Below are positions 12,818-25,236 of a stretch of 64,000 bases of DNA, in pieces. Under the pieces are notes generated by a model. The model saw only the letters and a list, made by a program, of their open reading frames with translations. It had not been told where the DNA came from and did not search any database. Source of the DNA: Chromera velia (lineage: Eukaryota); assembly GCA_018398765.1 (NCBI GenBank), contig JAHBMJ010000201.1, forward strand, positions 1 to 64,000. The letters are read 5' to 3'. The stretch's first letter is position 1, and each line of letters begins with the position of its first letter. The position numbers were made by a program, and so were the translations under genes.

Positions 12818-13662
12818 TTTTCCCCAAGTCTCGCCCCTCCCTCTGCTCTGATCCCTGTTTTGTGAGTGAGTGAGAAGATCAGAAAGACATCCAGAGGACT
12901 CGAGCGCGACCCCATGCACCGACCCACGAGGAGGTGTTTCCCTTACGTATTCGCATTCTTCTCTCTCGTGTCCGTATTCATTCATTGCAGGTGCTCCTCT
13001 TTGAGCGGACGCCAGTACTCGGTCATTTGTTTGGGCTGTACAAGGGTAGAGGGAGGGGGCAGGGTAGGGAGGAGGGGCAGATGGAGATCGAGTCCGGAGA
13101 GGCCACTCAAAGCATGAGTCGGGCCGCCCGAAACGCGAGGTACGTGAGTCCCCCCCTGTATCACCCTGGGTCCTCTCGATCGATAGGGGTGGGGGGGGCC
13201 CTGTCGTCTGAGGGGGTTGAGGAGGACGGGAGGGGAATGTCGAAAGAGGGGTACAGAAAGACGCACGATCATACAGGTCTTGACCACCATCTCGAGATGG
13301 AGATGACTGTCTCTCGGGGTTCATCCCGCTCGTTTGGTGAAGAGGAGACGGTGCGACTTGCAAGATCAAGGTCAGGGTCTTATAGCAGTGAGGGGATTGT
13401 GACAGTCTCGAAGGGAACCACTGGTGACGTTGGGGTTCAACAGAGGGGAGGGGGGACGGCACAGCCTCACCAGGGTCACATTACTATAGAGACGGCCGAG
13501 AGCATTCCAAGGGAAAGCAGGCACCACCCCCCGATGTCGAGTCATAGGGAGGGCACACGAGGACCCCCTAATCCGGTGGTTCAAGAAATGCGTTCGCCTC
13601 AGGCTCCCCTCTCCGAGCCGGCTGGCAGGCTGCGTGCAGATGAAACTTGGAGAGAACCATGA
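10278..13662 (+). CDS. Acyltransferase-3 family multi-pass membrane protein (OpgC/MdoC-like)
   Basis: Exons 10278-10512, 10763-11393, 11866-12373, 12991-13662; motifs WIDVVRFFAV..GH, LPLLFYVSG, RSWRLLLPLIVG, YLWFL, AYILYLSHW. Confidence 0.85.
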
Positions 13663-14500
13663 TAGGTGCGCTAGTAGGTGCGTAAACTGCATGCTTTCGA
13701 ATTGCTCAAATTGTCGTTCTGCACTGTGTAGTCAGTCGAAGGTGGATAACTCAATGTGGCCCATTAAATACTCCAAAGTTAAAAAAAAATCTTGAAAAAA
13801 AGAAATGAATCGATCAATGAATGAATGACTAAGCTACTAGGTAGAGCCGAGTTCCTGGCAGTCCATCACCTATAGTCCATCAATCATTGTGATTCATTGA
13901 TTGCATGCTAGATTGCATGAGGACTAGCATGAGGATTGATTGATTGATTAATTGATTGATGTTAAACCGTAAGTAAAATTTCAAGTCTCGGATGGCAAAT
14001 AAATTAACTTAATGCATCGTCTTAATTGTTCAAAGATATTAACTACAAACTAAGAGCTCAGTGTGTGGTGCGAAACCTTATATCCTATAATCGTTCACAT
14101 ACAGTATCATCTTTGATAATAGCATAGCATATAGCATAGCATAGTTGATTTCTGAAGTTCTGAGTCATGCAGACTCATACTAGGTTATTAGGAGTCATAC
14201 AATGTCATGCATGCATGAATATATATATAAATAATTTTTCTGATGATTTTTATCTAGCTAATTGAGTGTTTCATAATGGTCCTAGCTATACGTGACATTC
14301 AGAACTCTAGTCAGAACTACTGAACTAGATTCAGAATTCTCTGATAATATCTAGCGCTAGGACAATAGTTGATCTCAATAGAAGACTGAAAAGCACCACT
14401 ACATTATGGCACTAATAGATTGATGCCCCAGTTTACTCCAGTTTTTGAGACTCCAAATTTAAATGATTATTTCTGGCTAGATTTCTGGTTCTGCTGCAGA

Positions 14501-17500
14501 TTAGTTTTCTATCGCCTGCGTCCACATCTGCAGCTTCCCTTCTCGGTGCGCAGCATGCCTCAGAGCTTCGACAGCAGAATCGAAATTTCTCTGCTGCTCC
14601 ACTCCCTCCATACCTTCCTGTCCGTGCAAATCCAAAAGCTCCAGCTGTGGGAGAGACTGGGGGGTAAGAACGTCAAAAAAAGCCGAGACTCCGTCAACGC
14701 TAATCCTGTTGCCCTCTAACTTGATTGTTTTCAGCTTGGGGCACCGATGTGCGGAGAAAACTTCCCCCCACTGCCTAAGCATGCCATCGTCAATCTGGCA
14801 ACTCGAAAGGTCCAGAGAGCCCAAATTCGAAAGCTTTCCCCCCGCCCCTTCCCCCCCACTGGCAGCAAGTAAAGCCAGTGCATCTTCCCCCATTCGCCCC
14901 CCACTCAAATCGAAGGACCGCATACATGCGGGAAGCCCCTTCTCACTCTCTGCAATGGCTGTAATCAACCCGTCAACGTTGCTGTTTGCCTCCTCAATGA
15001 CATCAAGACAGAAATGTATATTGCCCACGAGAGGGGAGAATCGTGCTGCCCTGATGGCACCCCCCAACCCCTCCACTCCTTCAGCATCAATACAGAACAA
15101 TCGGGGATACAAATCAGTGAGAGAAGGGAGTTTGCCCGATCCCAGAGCAGCTGCTATCACCCCCCCCGCTGATATAGCGGTTGTGTCTGACAGATCTAGA
15201 GAAACAAGCTCAGGCAGCCCCTCCTCCCTCCCCACGATTGCCTGCACCAGCTCCCCCCATGCCTCTTTTGAGACATCCCAATTGCTGCAAAAATTCAACA
15301 AACAGAAATTCACCAAAGAGCCCGCTCTGACGGCATCAGTCAGCCCTCTCAGGGCTTCATCAGTCAAATGGGAGTTAGACAAGTTTATTGCCGACAGGCC
15401 CCCCAACTTTTCAGACATGAGGAACGGACCCAGCGACCCGCCCCCCTCCCCCGCTCTCGTGTCTGACAAATCGAGAACCGAAAAAGGCATTCCCTCCTCA
15501 CTCTCCACCACTGCCCGCATCACCGTCTCCACTTTCCCCCCCGTGACCTCATTCCCCCTCAGACGGAGAACGCGGAGACCTGATAGATTGCCCCCCCGAA
15601 TCGCTTGCGCAAACGGAGTCACTGCTGCGTCTGTCAGCATGCCACTTAGCAGCAATTTTGAAAGATGCGGCAACTTCACAACACCCAGTGCTGTACAGAA
15701 TGCAGTCTTCGCTTCCCCGTCTGATTCCCCCATGACATCAACATGCAATTGTCGGACAACGCTCAGACGTCCCATCTGAATCGCTTCCCCCATCAACTTC
15801 AGCCCCCCCTTTGCATTCTCGTCTTCTTCTTCTGAATATGAATAAAGGAAGAGATACATCTCTTTATAGTGCAAAGGTCCGGGGGCTGCAACCATCTCCT
15901 CAAAAAACATTTGCAGCTTTTCACCTTCAACCTCCAGCCTCAGTGTGTCAAGGGATGGGTGCTTGCCAGCGCCGAGAGCGCGGGCTTCCTTTTCACTGAG
16001 CAGGTCAGAATCCAACACCAAATGGGGCAGCTCAACGCGAAGGTGGGGGGGGCACTCAGAGGCACTCAGCGCATCAAGGAAATCTCTCACAGCCTGCCCA
16101 ATATCTATGCGCCCTCGTTGCTTTATTCCCTCCAGCCCCAATTTCCTCAAATGAGGAACGGCATCTGCGCGAAGGCATCTCCCCAACCCGCCCAGACAAT
16201 GACCTAAGCACTGATCGTTACCCCCTAGCTCTAGGGTCTCTAGGTTTCGCACCCCCCCCCTTCCCAAACAGTCAGCGAGACGTTCTATTGCGTCGTCTCG
16301 CAAATCGCACCTCTTCAGTAGCAGCACATGGATTTCTGGAAGAGAAGCGGCACACAGAACCGAGCACAGCCTCTCCATCCCCCCCACCTGTAACCTATTG
16401 CGGGCCAAATTTAGCGTCTCCAGTTTCAGAGACTTCCCCTCCACCGCCCCGCAGAGGATTCCCAGGTATTCATCATTCAGTCCTGTCTCCTCGAGGTCCA
16501 GATGAACGAGGGACGCCGCCTTCCCATCACTGATCCACCTGGCCAGTGCCCTGAATCCTTCTGTACCGAGAGGGTTGCCTGACGCGAAGAAGACAAGAAA
16601 GAGGAGGCACGCAGAGGGAAGGAATCAAGTGGGCAGAGAGCAAGCCAAAAGACCACTCGGTTTAGGAATCTTCTCTCGAAAGTCAAAAACGATACACACA
16701 AAAGACGTGTTCCTTTTGCTTCTCAGCGCTTTCTGAGTCTCTCGGGAGCTAAGTAAATTGCATCGATGAGCGAATCATCCAGTCAACCCATTGCGGAGTT
16801 GCACTTTTATGTCTTTGCAAGGATGAAGGAAGAGTACCAACCTCCCGGCCCGCACCGGATCCCCAACCCCCCTAATGTCTTGAGGGATTGAAAGAGACGG
16901 GATAGGTCAGGTAAGTCTTTCACAGTGTTGCAAGCAAACCGAAAAGCCAAAGATAAAAGTTGGAGGCACGAAGTGACAGACTGACCAGTCAGCTTCAGGT
17001 GTGCAATAGAAGCGGGCAAGGCCGAAAAAATGACGCACGCCTCCAGAGGGCCGACGAGGCAATCTGATCGGTGAATAAACGAATAAACAAACACGTGGTT
17101 GAACGGAAGGAAGGAAGGATTTACATTCATTCATTCATTCATTCAGGGAGGGGGGACAGGGGAGAGATGAGGAGAAGCAAATCAGAAGCGAGAGCATCTC
17201 TGCACTTCTCTTCTCCCTGCCTGGTCTCTTTCTCGCAGCCAAACTTGCCAAAACACGAAAGCCGGCGACCATAAATGACTCCATTTCATGCTACTCAGAC
17301 AGGCAGGCAGGCAGGCATGGCGAAGGGCTGCAAAGACACAGCAGGGATACAGGCTTCCGTCCTTCCTTTCTTCTTTTTGACGACATGGATTGTCCTTTTA
17401 TTATTTCGCTCTTTCCCTGCAAAAGAATTCAGTGCCTCCCTCTCTGTGCTCGCTCCCGACAGCTGCATGCAGTCTCTTCGAACGACAAACGAATTGCTTG

Positions 17501-19241
17501 TTCCAGTCGAGAGGGAGAGCCTGAAAGAAAGAAAAAAGTGCCACCTGCAGACACGGGGAGGGAGGGGGCACTCCCAGCTGACTTGCAAGGCTGAAGCTCT
17601 GCAGAGACGGCCCGTCATTCCCCTGTTCCCCCGAACTGCCAACCCCCTCCAGGAAGCGCCGAAGGAGAGAAAGCGCCGGGCCCACCGCAGAAGTCCCTGC
17701 ATGCATACAGTTGCATGAACACACGAAAATCTGATGATCCATACGACGAACCTGCATGGTAAGTGAGTGGCTGGGTGAGTTAGTTAGTGAATCAGTGAGT
17801 GAGGGAGTGATAGACAGAGCAAATACACCTTCCTTCATGTGCCGCACGCTCAACGGACAACGTGGGCAGGGAACGCGAATACGTAGACAGACAGTCAGAC
17901 AGGCAGGCAAAGAAGAGGAGGGAAGCGAAGGAATGAAGAGCCGCGCATTCTCTTCTCACCCTCACACCCTCACACCCTCCCGTACCATTTGAGATCGCCC
18001 CTACAGCCACAACTTCAGATTTTGAGAAGACAGTGTAATACACGAGAAACCAAACAAACCATGCTCTCAGGAGCCAACACCGAGAAGAGAAAACAACCGG
18101 GAAAACCGCAAAAAAACCAAGGTGACCGACTTCAAATATCCCTACTGCCTCTCAATCGCCACCAACTCACCGAGAGTCAATCCCTCCACAGATTTTGGGA
18201 GTTGATCTAGAAGGAAGAAGATCTTCCGAGGGGAGAGATCAATGCAATCTGCAATCCATTCAACGCAACGCAAGGCACCCTCCGTCTGTCAGGCAGCTAG
18301 GGTGTATGCACCTGCTCCATGACCACACAGAGGTAACCACGACTAGTCATCCAGTGGAGTAGTCCATACAATCTGAGTCCAAAATCGAGACGGGCAACAA
18401 CGCAGGAAAAGCCCAACTTCATCTCAACGTGACCATTCTGCACAGCGATGCACTGACCTGATAAGTCCAGAAACTTAAGGGGCACCCCCTGCACTTTTCC
18501 CTGCAAAGCACACAGTGAAGCAACCAACACATCCAAAGGAAGAACGAGAAACGCGAATACCGATACTGAAGAAGGTAACCACACCGCGGTTCAGCAAGCT
18601 TTCAAGGATTGAAGGCGTGACGAAGACAAAGAGAGAATCTCAGAGAGAGAAAAAGACAGAGCCAGCTAAGGTAGCCAGGGGCGTTATTCCGATCGATTGG
18701 CCTGAAAACAACGAAACGCAGCTGGCCCGTGTTCATTGAAACCCTCTCGATGTTGCGAAAACTGACACCCTCGGTCATGCCATGCATGCACACATACATA
18801 CGTACCTTTTTCAGAACGCACAAGCAGAACCACGCCATCCCGTAACCGTCAGGACAGGATGCCATCTCTGAGACCACCTGCAGGTCCGCGCAGGTCCGAC
18901 CAGAAGAGAGATCATACAGGGCAAAACGAATCATTTGCGGATGGGGACAATGATCGAAAGAGACGGCAGGTGAAAAAAGCCACAGCCTGCAGCAGAGCGG
19001 AAACTCACAAACGTAATCACCCACCGCAGAAGTCGGCTGAACGTTCTGCAAAAGCTTCCAGAGTAATGCCTCTTGTGAAAGCTCCGAGGTCCTGCCGGAC
19101 GTAAGGTCTTGACCCAGGTTTTCTGTTCCTGCTGGAAACAAGCAGACGAACAGACGAAGGACGGCGTGACAGTCATTTGCAAAGTAGACAAGTCCCACTT
19201 GTGGCCTACCGGTTGTCTCTCTTACCTTGCATCTTTGACAT
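14501..19241 (-). CDS. Leucine-rich-repeat protein (RNI-like repeats)
   Basis: Large last exon 16578-14501 with many LxxLxLxxN repeats (LETLNLARN, LETLELGGN, LRVLRLRGN, LKTIKLEGN); small upstream exons approximate, likely ATG at 19241. Confidence 0.85.
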
Positions 19242-19589
19242 AACTTCCTCTGTCTCTGTAGGATTCCGACAAGAGCGAGCAAAAGTCTGCCAGAAGGTAA
19301 ACGAGACAAGAACCGCCGACAAGAAAGATGAGAAAAGAATCTGTCTGAAGACGAGAGACGGCAAGAAGAAAAACAGAAGAGAAGGCAAAAACGTCGCCGC
19401 ACAAGCAAAGGAAACAGAACAAGCTTAGGACAATTAAGTCAAACGAAGTGTGTCAAGTCTTTGCTGCTTCGGTCACTGCCGTCGGATCGGACCAGGAAGC
19501 ATGAAAGAGTCCATGAATTGTCCGAAAAACTGGTGACTCCACACGTCTCTGCAAGCCATTCTCGCAGTCTCATGCAGGTTCGTAAGTGG

Positions 19590-19730
19590 CGAGGGCCGCG
19601 CGGGACCCCTAGCTTAATTCGCGAATTCGCTTCGCGACGCGGCCGGTTCCTCGCGCGCGAGGACCGAAGAGCCCGCGAAGGAACTTCGCGCCACGGCGCC
19701 GCGCGCGCGCGATCTCGCATGCCGTCTCCA
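19590..19730. promoter_or_regulatory. CGCG-rich divergent promoter between the LRR gene and gpsA
   Basis: GGCCGCGC motif; palindromes AATTCGCGAATT and TCCTCGCGCGCGAGGA (19648-19663). Confidence 0.5.
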
Positions 19731-20061
19731 TGCAGTGCAACGCATTGCAACGCAGCCAACATGCAGCCAACGCTCACGATCGCAGACATGCATGACACGG
19801 AGTGACGTCGGAGTATCGTCGGTATGTATCGTCGGAAGGTCGGAGTCCAAACATGTCCAAACTTCGTTACCTCATGCAAGGTGCTATCAGAGCACTTGGT
19901 GCGGAAAGAGCGTCTGTCTCTTGTCTGGGTTGGGGTCGGTCGTGACATATTTGGAAAGAGACGGGGTGTCGTCCGGAACAACAGTTGGCACCACATAGAC
20001 GGGTTGCCTTCCTCCCCACTGCCGTCCTCTCGGGTGTGTGCATGGGGGGGAGGGCGTCGGA

Positions 20062-23000
20062 ATGTTCTTTTGCGGTGTGTGCTTGAAGAGAAAAGTGTTG
20101 TGGAGGAAAAAGCAGAAGCAGCCGTTTCTATTCTTGCTTCTCTTGTGTTTAGTTGCCTCTCTGTCGTTCCCCCCTCACACGGATGCTTTCACACACCCTT
20201 CCTTGCTCCACGCACATCTGAAGAGCGCCCGAGACACCAGCAGAAGAGAGAGAACAGAGCGTATTGATACACAGAGGCCGAAAGAGCAGCAGGGACAGAG
20301 CCTCTTTGCAATTCCGCAGCACCTTCGAAACGGCGATGACGGAAAAGATCCATCGTTCAAGAAGATCAGGCCCTGCCGCAGTCATGCAACACCACTTCAA
20401 CCCGCACAGACTCAGTCATCCGACAGAAGGGTGAAGGAGCCGACGACAGTGTTGCACTCCCACTGGAACTCCCGGCTTCCTGACAACCTGAAGGTGGTTG
20501 TCTTTGGGGGGGGCAATTTCGCTCTTGCGATGGCTTCTCTGTTTGCTCGGAAGAACATCCCAGTGACGATGCTGCTCCGGGATGCCGGGGTTGCTGATCA
20601 CATGAACACAGAGAGACGGCACCCGAAATACATGAGTGACCTCCAGATACCCGACGGGCTCTCTGCGACTGCAGATCCCGAGGAGGCCCTCAGGGGTGTC
20701 ACGCACATATTTCACTGTGTGCCCTGCCAGTACAGCCGTGAGTTCCTCAAAGGAGTGGCCGAATTTGTGCCACCAGGGACACCCATAGTCTCAGCTTCAA
20801 AGGGCATTGAGGTGGGCACTCTGTGTCTGATGAAAGATGTGATCAAGGAGTCCATCCAAGGCACTTACCCAACAGCGTTCATAAGCGGGCCCTCGTTCGC
20901 TCGGGAGATCGTCCAGTGCCTCCCGACTGCTGTGGTCGTTGCGAGTGAGGAAAAGGAATTCGCGAGAGAAGTCCAAAAGATGATGAAGTGCGATTACTTT
21001 CAGGTTCGTCAGAGTAAACCAAGGAAGAACTCCAGCAAGCATCATTCGGACTCACTTTCTTTCAAAATCCGGCCTTCCCTACAGCCCGCCTGTTTCTCCG
21101 TCTATCTGTCTGTGTGTGCTTCTCCATCTGTTTCATTCTGCCCTGACCTTTCTACGAGTGGCGCCGTCCTTCATCTTGTCCCTTTCTCCTGTTGATTCCA
21201 TTCTTTTGTGGCTTCCATTGCTCTCTGAACTCTGCCACCCCCCCCCTTTTGGGGGTTTTATGGGAAGAGCAACAAAACGTGCCACAGCTGAATCGGAAAA
21301 ACACACACGATAGAAAATAAGAGAGCAAACAATACACACAAAAACAAAGTCTGATCGTTATCTTTGTGAGATCTGTCGACTGATTGTATGACACTTGCGC
21401 TTTTGGTTCTTCATCTTGGTCTCCCAAACAGACCTAGTGCAGCGTCCATCTCTGAGCTCACTGGGCAAGCCACAAGTCTCTTTCTTTTCCAAAGGTGGAT
21501 TCGGCAGGTCTCAAGCTTGTGGATTGTAATTGCTTGTGAACGCTCCCTGCAATACATTCGTTTCTGTCCTGCCTGGTGCTTTCTCTGCAGGTTCTCACAA
21601 CGACTGACGTGATGGGGGTGGAGCTCGGGGGAGCGATAAAAAATGTGGTCGCAATCGCTGCAGGGATCTCAGAGGGGCTTGAGCTCGGTGAGTGAATTGC
21701 GCCTCTGTCTGCTTGCCTTCCCGACTATCTATCTGTCAACGAGGAGAAAAGAGAAGAAGAGCAAAAAAAAGAAACATGAGTTGTTCCCTTCTATCAGTCT
21801 GTACATACCTCTCTAGCTGTTTGTTTGTCTGTATGTGTCCGTCTGTTTGTTCGTCGGTCTGTGTCTTTTCCTTTCACACCAGGGGAGGCCAGCCGGTGGT
21901 GCTGTGTGGGATTGAAAAAAGTTCATCTGACAAGCTGGGGATTTGACCAAAGGGAAAAGTGCTGTAATGATATTTTTGTGGATGAGCGTAGAAGAAAGGA
22001 AGGCAGTGCATTTATTCTTTGAAGACCTTTCTTTCTTTCTCTCTCTGCCTGTGCGTGTATGTCTGTACATTCATGCAGGCATGAACGCTCAGGCAGCGCT
22101 GGTGACGGCAGGCACGATGGAGATGCGGCGGGTGGGGGCTCTGATGGGAGCGCAGGCCTCTACGTTTGCAGGTAGAGAGAGGGAGAGGGGTATCTTGAAT
22201 AGTCTCTCTCACCGAGCTGTTGTGATCACGGTCGTCCATGCTGTTTTTGTAGAGTGGGTCTGTCTGCGTCAGTCAGGAGGGCTTCTCTCCGTCTGCTGTC
22301 TTCTCTCTGTACACATTCACATGTGTGTTGATGAGTGTGATTCATTGCGAAGTGATACTTCAGCACAGAAATACCCAGTGTTGGCGTGTAACTTACACCC
22401 AGCGTGTGAGAATGATGATGGTGTCGAATACATTATCGAGTGCAGGACTGAGCGGTGCAGGAGATGCATTTGCAACTTGCTTCGGTCCACTGTCTCGGAA
22501 CCGAGCCCTGGGGGTCCGTCATTTGCTGTTTGTTGTCTTTCCGCCTCTGTGTACAGTCTCCTTGCCGTTTTGGGGGCGTGTCAGCAAACAAAGCGCGTGA
22601 CAGAACTGGGTCTCTCTTTTCCTTTGCGTGTGAGTGCGAGTTTGCCTGTCTGAAGTCTCAGTGGAGTGTGATTTTTGCCCGCTTCTTTATGTGAATAATA
22701 TCTCTCTGTGAAGTTCAAACAGCAAGTTGGATTGCTGTCTGCATTTGCTGAAAAAGGGTGTGCACATTTCCGCAGGATCTCAGTTCAATATTTCCACTCA
22801 CAAGGAAGAAAGGGGAAAAGGAAAGAAGAACCAAAAATGGAAGAACGTGTGGGTGCACGGAGAATTTCACGGTATGAGTGGGTGCATGGTGCATGGTGCA
22901 GAATCGTCTCGGAAGAGGAGAAACGATGGAGGCAATCCTTTCGTCGTCTCGGGAAGTTGCAGGTTGGTGGGAAGGGAGGTGGGAAGGGTGAAAAGAAGGG

Positions 23001-23468
23001 GGGAAATGTGTTCTCTCTCTCTCACACACATACACACACACTCAATCTAAAGCCTATTTCTCTGCCTTTTTCGGAACCTTCATGAAATCTCTCGACCTTT
23101 TTTCTGTCTTCGTCTCTGCTTGTAATAGTTCCTCCTATATACCGCATCCATTTGTTCAGCCATCCATGTTTTCGTTCGACCGCTTCTCTTTGCTAGTTAT
23201 TAAAGGGTCTATTTTCCTTGACCTGGCTTCACGCAAGAAAAAGCCAGTTTTCACGCATATGCATCTTTGTGTGTTGGAAGCGAATTACCAAATGACCTCG
23301 TCTGTTTCTCGGCTGTTTGGATCGAAAGTTTTGTTCCAGACACGCTTAATCAGCGGGGCATTCTTGCTATCCACTGGCTCCGTATTCCCTCCTTCTCTTC
23401 GTCCCTCTTTTTCCGTCCTTCCTCCCCTCCCACCACCCCCCTCCTTCTCTTTTTTTTTTGTCGATCTT

Positions 23469-23517
<49 letters not shown>

Positions 23518-23837
23518 CTGTGTGTGTACATGTGTGTCTGTCTACCTATCTCCTCTGTCTCTGTCCACTTCCCTCTTTCTGTGTATTCCGCTCCGTCTCT
23601 CCGTTCCTCACATCCACGCTTTCTCTCTTTTTGTTGTCGTCTGCAGAGGGTGTGCAGACCTCCCGCAGTCTGCGGGCGCTAATCGAAGCGAAGTCGAGTG
23701 GATTTCGAAAAGACCTGAAGTTTCCGATCATCTTCGGGATTGCACAAATTCTGGATGGAGACATGACGCCCAGAGAGGGACTGGAACTGATCATGACCAC
23801 CCGGGCGCTCGATGCGGCCTATACTCGAATCAAGTGA
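20062..23837 (+). CDS. gpsA: NAD(P)H-dependent glycerol-3-phosphate dehydrogenase, bacterial GpsA type, with probable bipartite plastid leader
   Basis: Exons 20062-21003, 21591-21687, 22079-22171, 22446-22513, 22902-22962, 23647-23837; motifs [54 protein letters not shown]. Confidence 0.93.
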
Positions 23838-24739
23838 TTGACTGAAGTGCTTCATCATTTTCCTTCCAGATTAAATGTGGTCTATGCATAGATTAAATGT
23901 GGTCTTGGGCAAGGCAATGTCGGACCATTGTCGGTTGATCAAATTTTAGTTGGTCGATGGAGCTCTAGGACCTTTTTTTAGAAAACATATCATAAATGTT
24001 TCTCAAACTAGGCTAGAAACTAGGGTGCAGCCTACCGTGCAGGGCCTAGGCTGTAACGCTCCTAAGCTAGCAAAATAAAATAGTAGTAAATTACTAGTAA
24101 TGCTAATTGTATGTTCTAGTGTATGTTCCGATTGTCATTCGTTGTTGATGCACGACGGCTGCCGGTTTAAAGCCCGGTTAAGTCGTATCATGACTCATAT
24201 GATCATCATTATAATAACAAAAAATTGGAGATGACTCTAGAGAGCGGGAGATGACTAGCAATTTAGTAAATCTATTACCTAATCTGTAGTGTTACTATAA
24301 GATGCATTAAGCCTGAGCCTTAGATTATAGAAGCCTTCTAAAATTATAGAATAACTAGGAATACGCCCTTAACTAGCTATAAATAATATCAATATAGTAC
24401 CGAAAGTTCCGAAACAGTATACAAGGGAGAGAGTTTTGGAGAGAGAATCCTGATGAGCCACTAGCTGCCAATGTCTGAGGGAGATTCCTGGGAGAAGCGA
24501 ACTAGGAAGCGAAGGGAGGAGTCTAGGGAGGAGTCCCCCCGGAGGATCGGAGGGGGGGACGGATCGAGAGAGAACGAGAGAGAGAGACAGCCCCGGGAAA
24601 CGGAAAGGACAAGATGGAGGTTGAGAGGGAACGGGAGAGGGAGAGACAAACAGAAAGCGAAAGAGGGAGAGTTGGAAACGGGGGACGCACGCACACAGTC
24701 TCTGAGACTGTGCACGCACGCATGCGCAGTGCACACACA

Positions 24740-24834
24740 CACACACACACACGCACACGCGTAGCGCGTGTCCGCAAACGTGCAATCACGCACGGACGGG
24801 CGCACAGGAGAAGAGAAAAAAAGAGAGAGAGAGA

Positions 24835-24917
<83 letters not shown>

Positions 24918-24985
24918 AGGGAGAGGGAGAGGGAGGGAGGGAGGGAGGGAGGGAGAGAGAGAGGAAGAGAGAGAGATGGGGGGAA
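24740..24985. repeat. (CA)n/(GA)n/(GGGA)n microsatellites
   Basis: Directly visible. Confidence 0.9.
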
Positions 24986-25236
24986 GAGTGGACAAGGTGG
25001 GAGACAGAAGGGGAGAGGTGGCCGGAGTGCAGAGTTCAGCAGAGGGTGTGTGACTTTTTGGTGGCTAGGGGGACAGAAACAGGGCTCATCATCTGAAAAC
25101 ATGCATCACGGTTGCTAGTTTCATCAAGCAATCCGTATATCCACCACCACTGTACCTGCCCCCTCTCTTGAATTGCCAAGGGTCCATTCATGCTTGCACT
25201 AGACTTGCTTCTGCCTTTGTTCTCCATCAATTGCAT

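Noticed and set aside
14709..15779. 356-aa plus-strand ORF, and similar ORFs at 46647-47270 and 49662-50342
   Set aside because: Antisense shadows of real exons
24694..24712. Perfect hairpin CACAGTCTC-T-GAGACTGTG
   Set aside because: Short, in low-complexity context, plausible by chance
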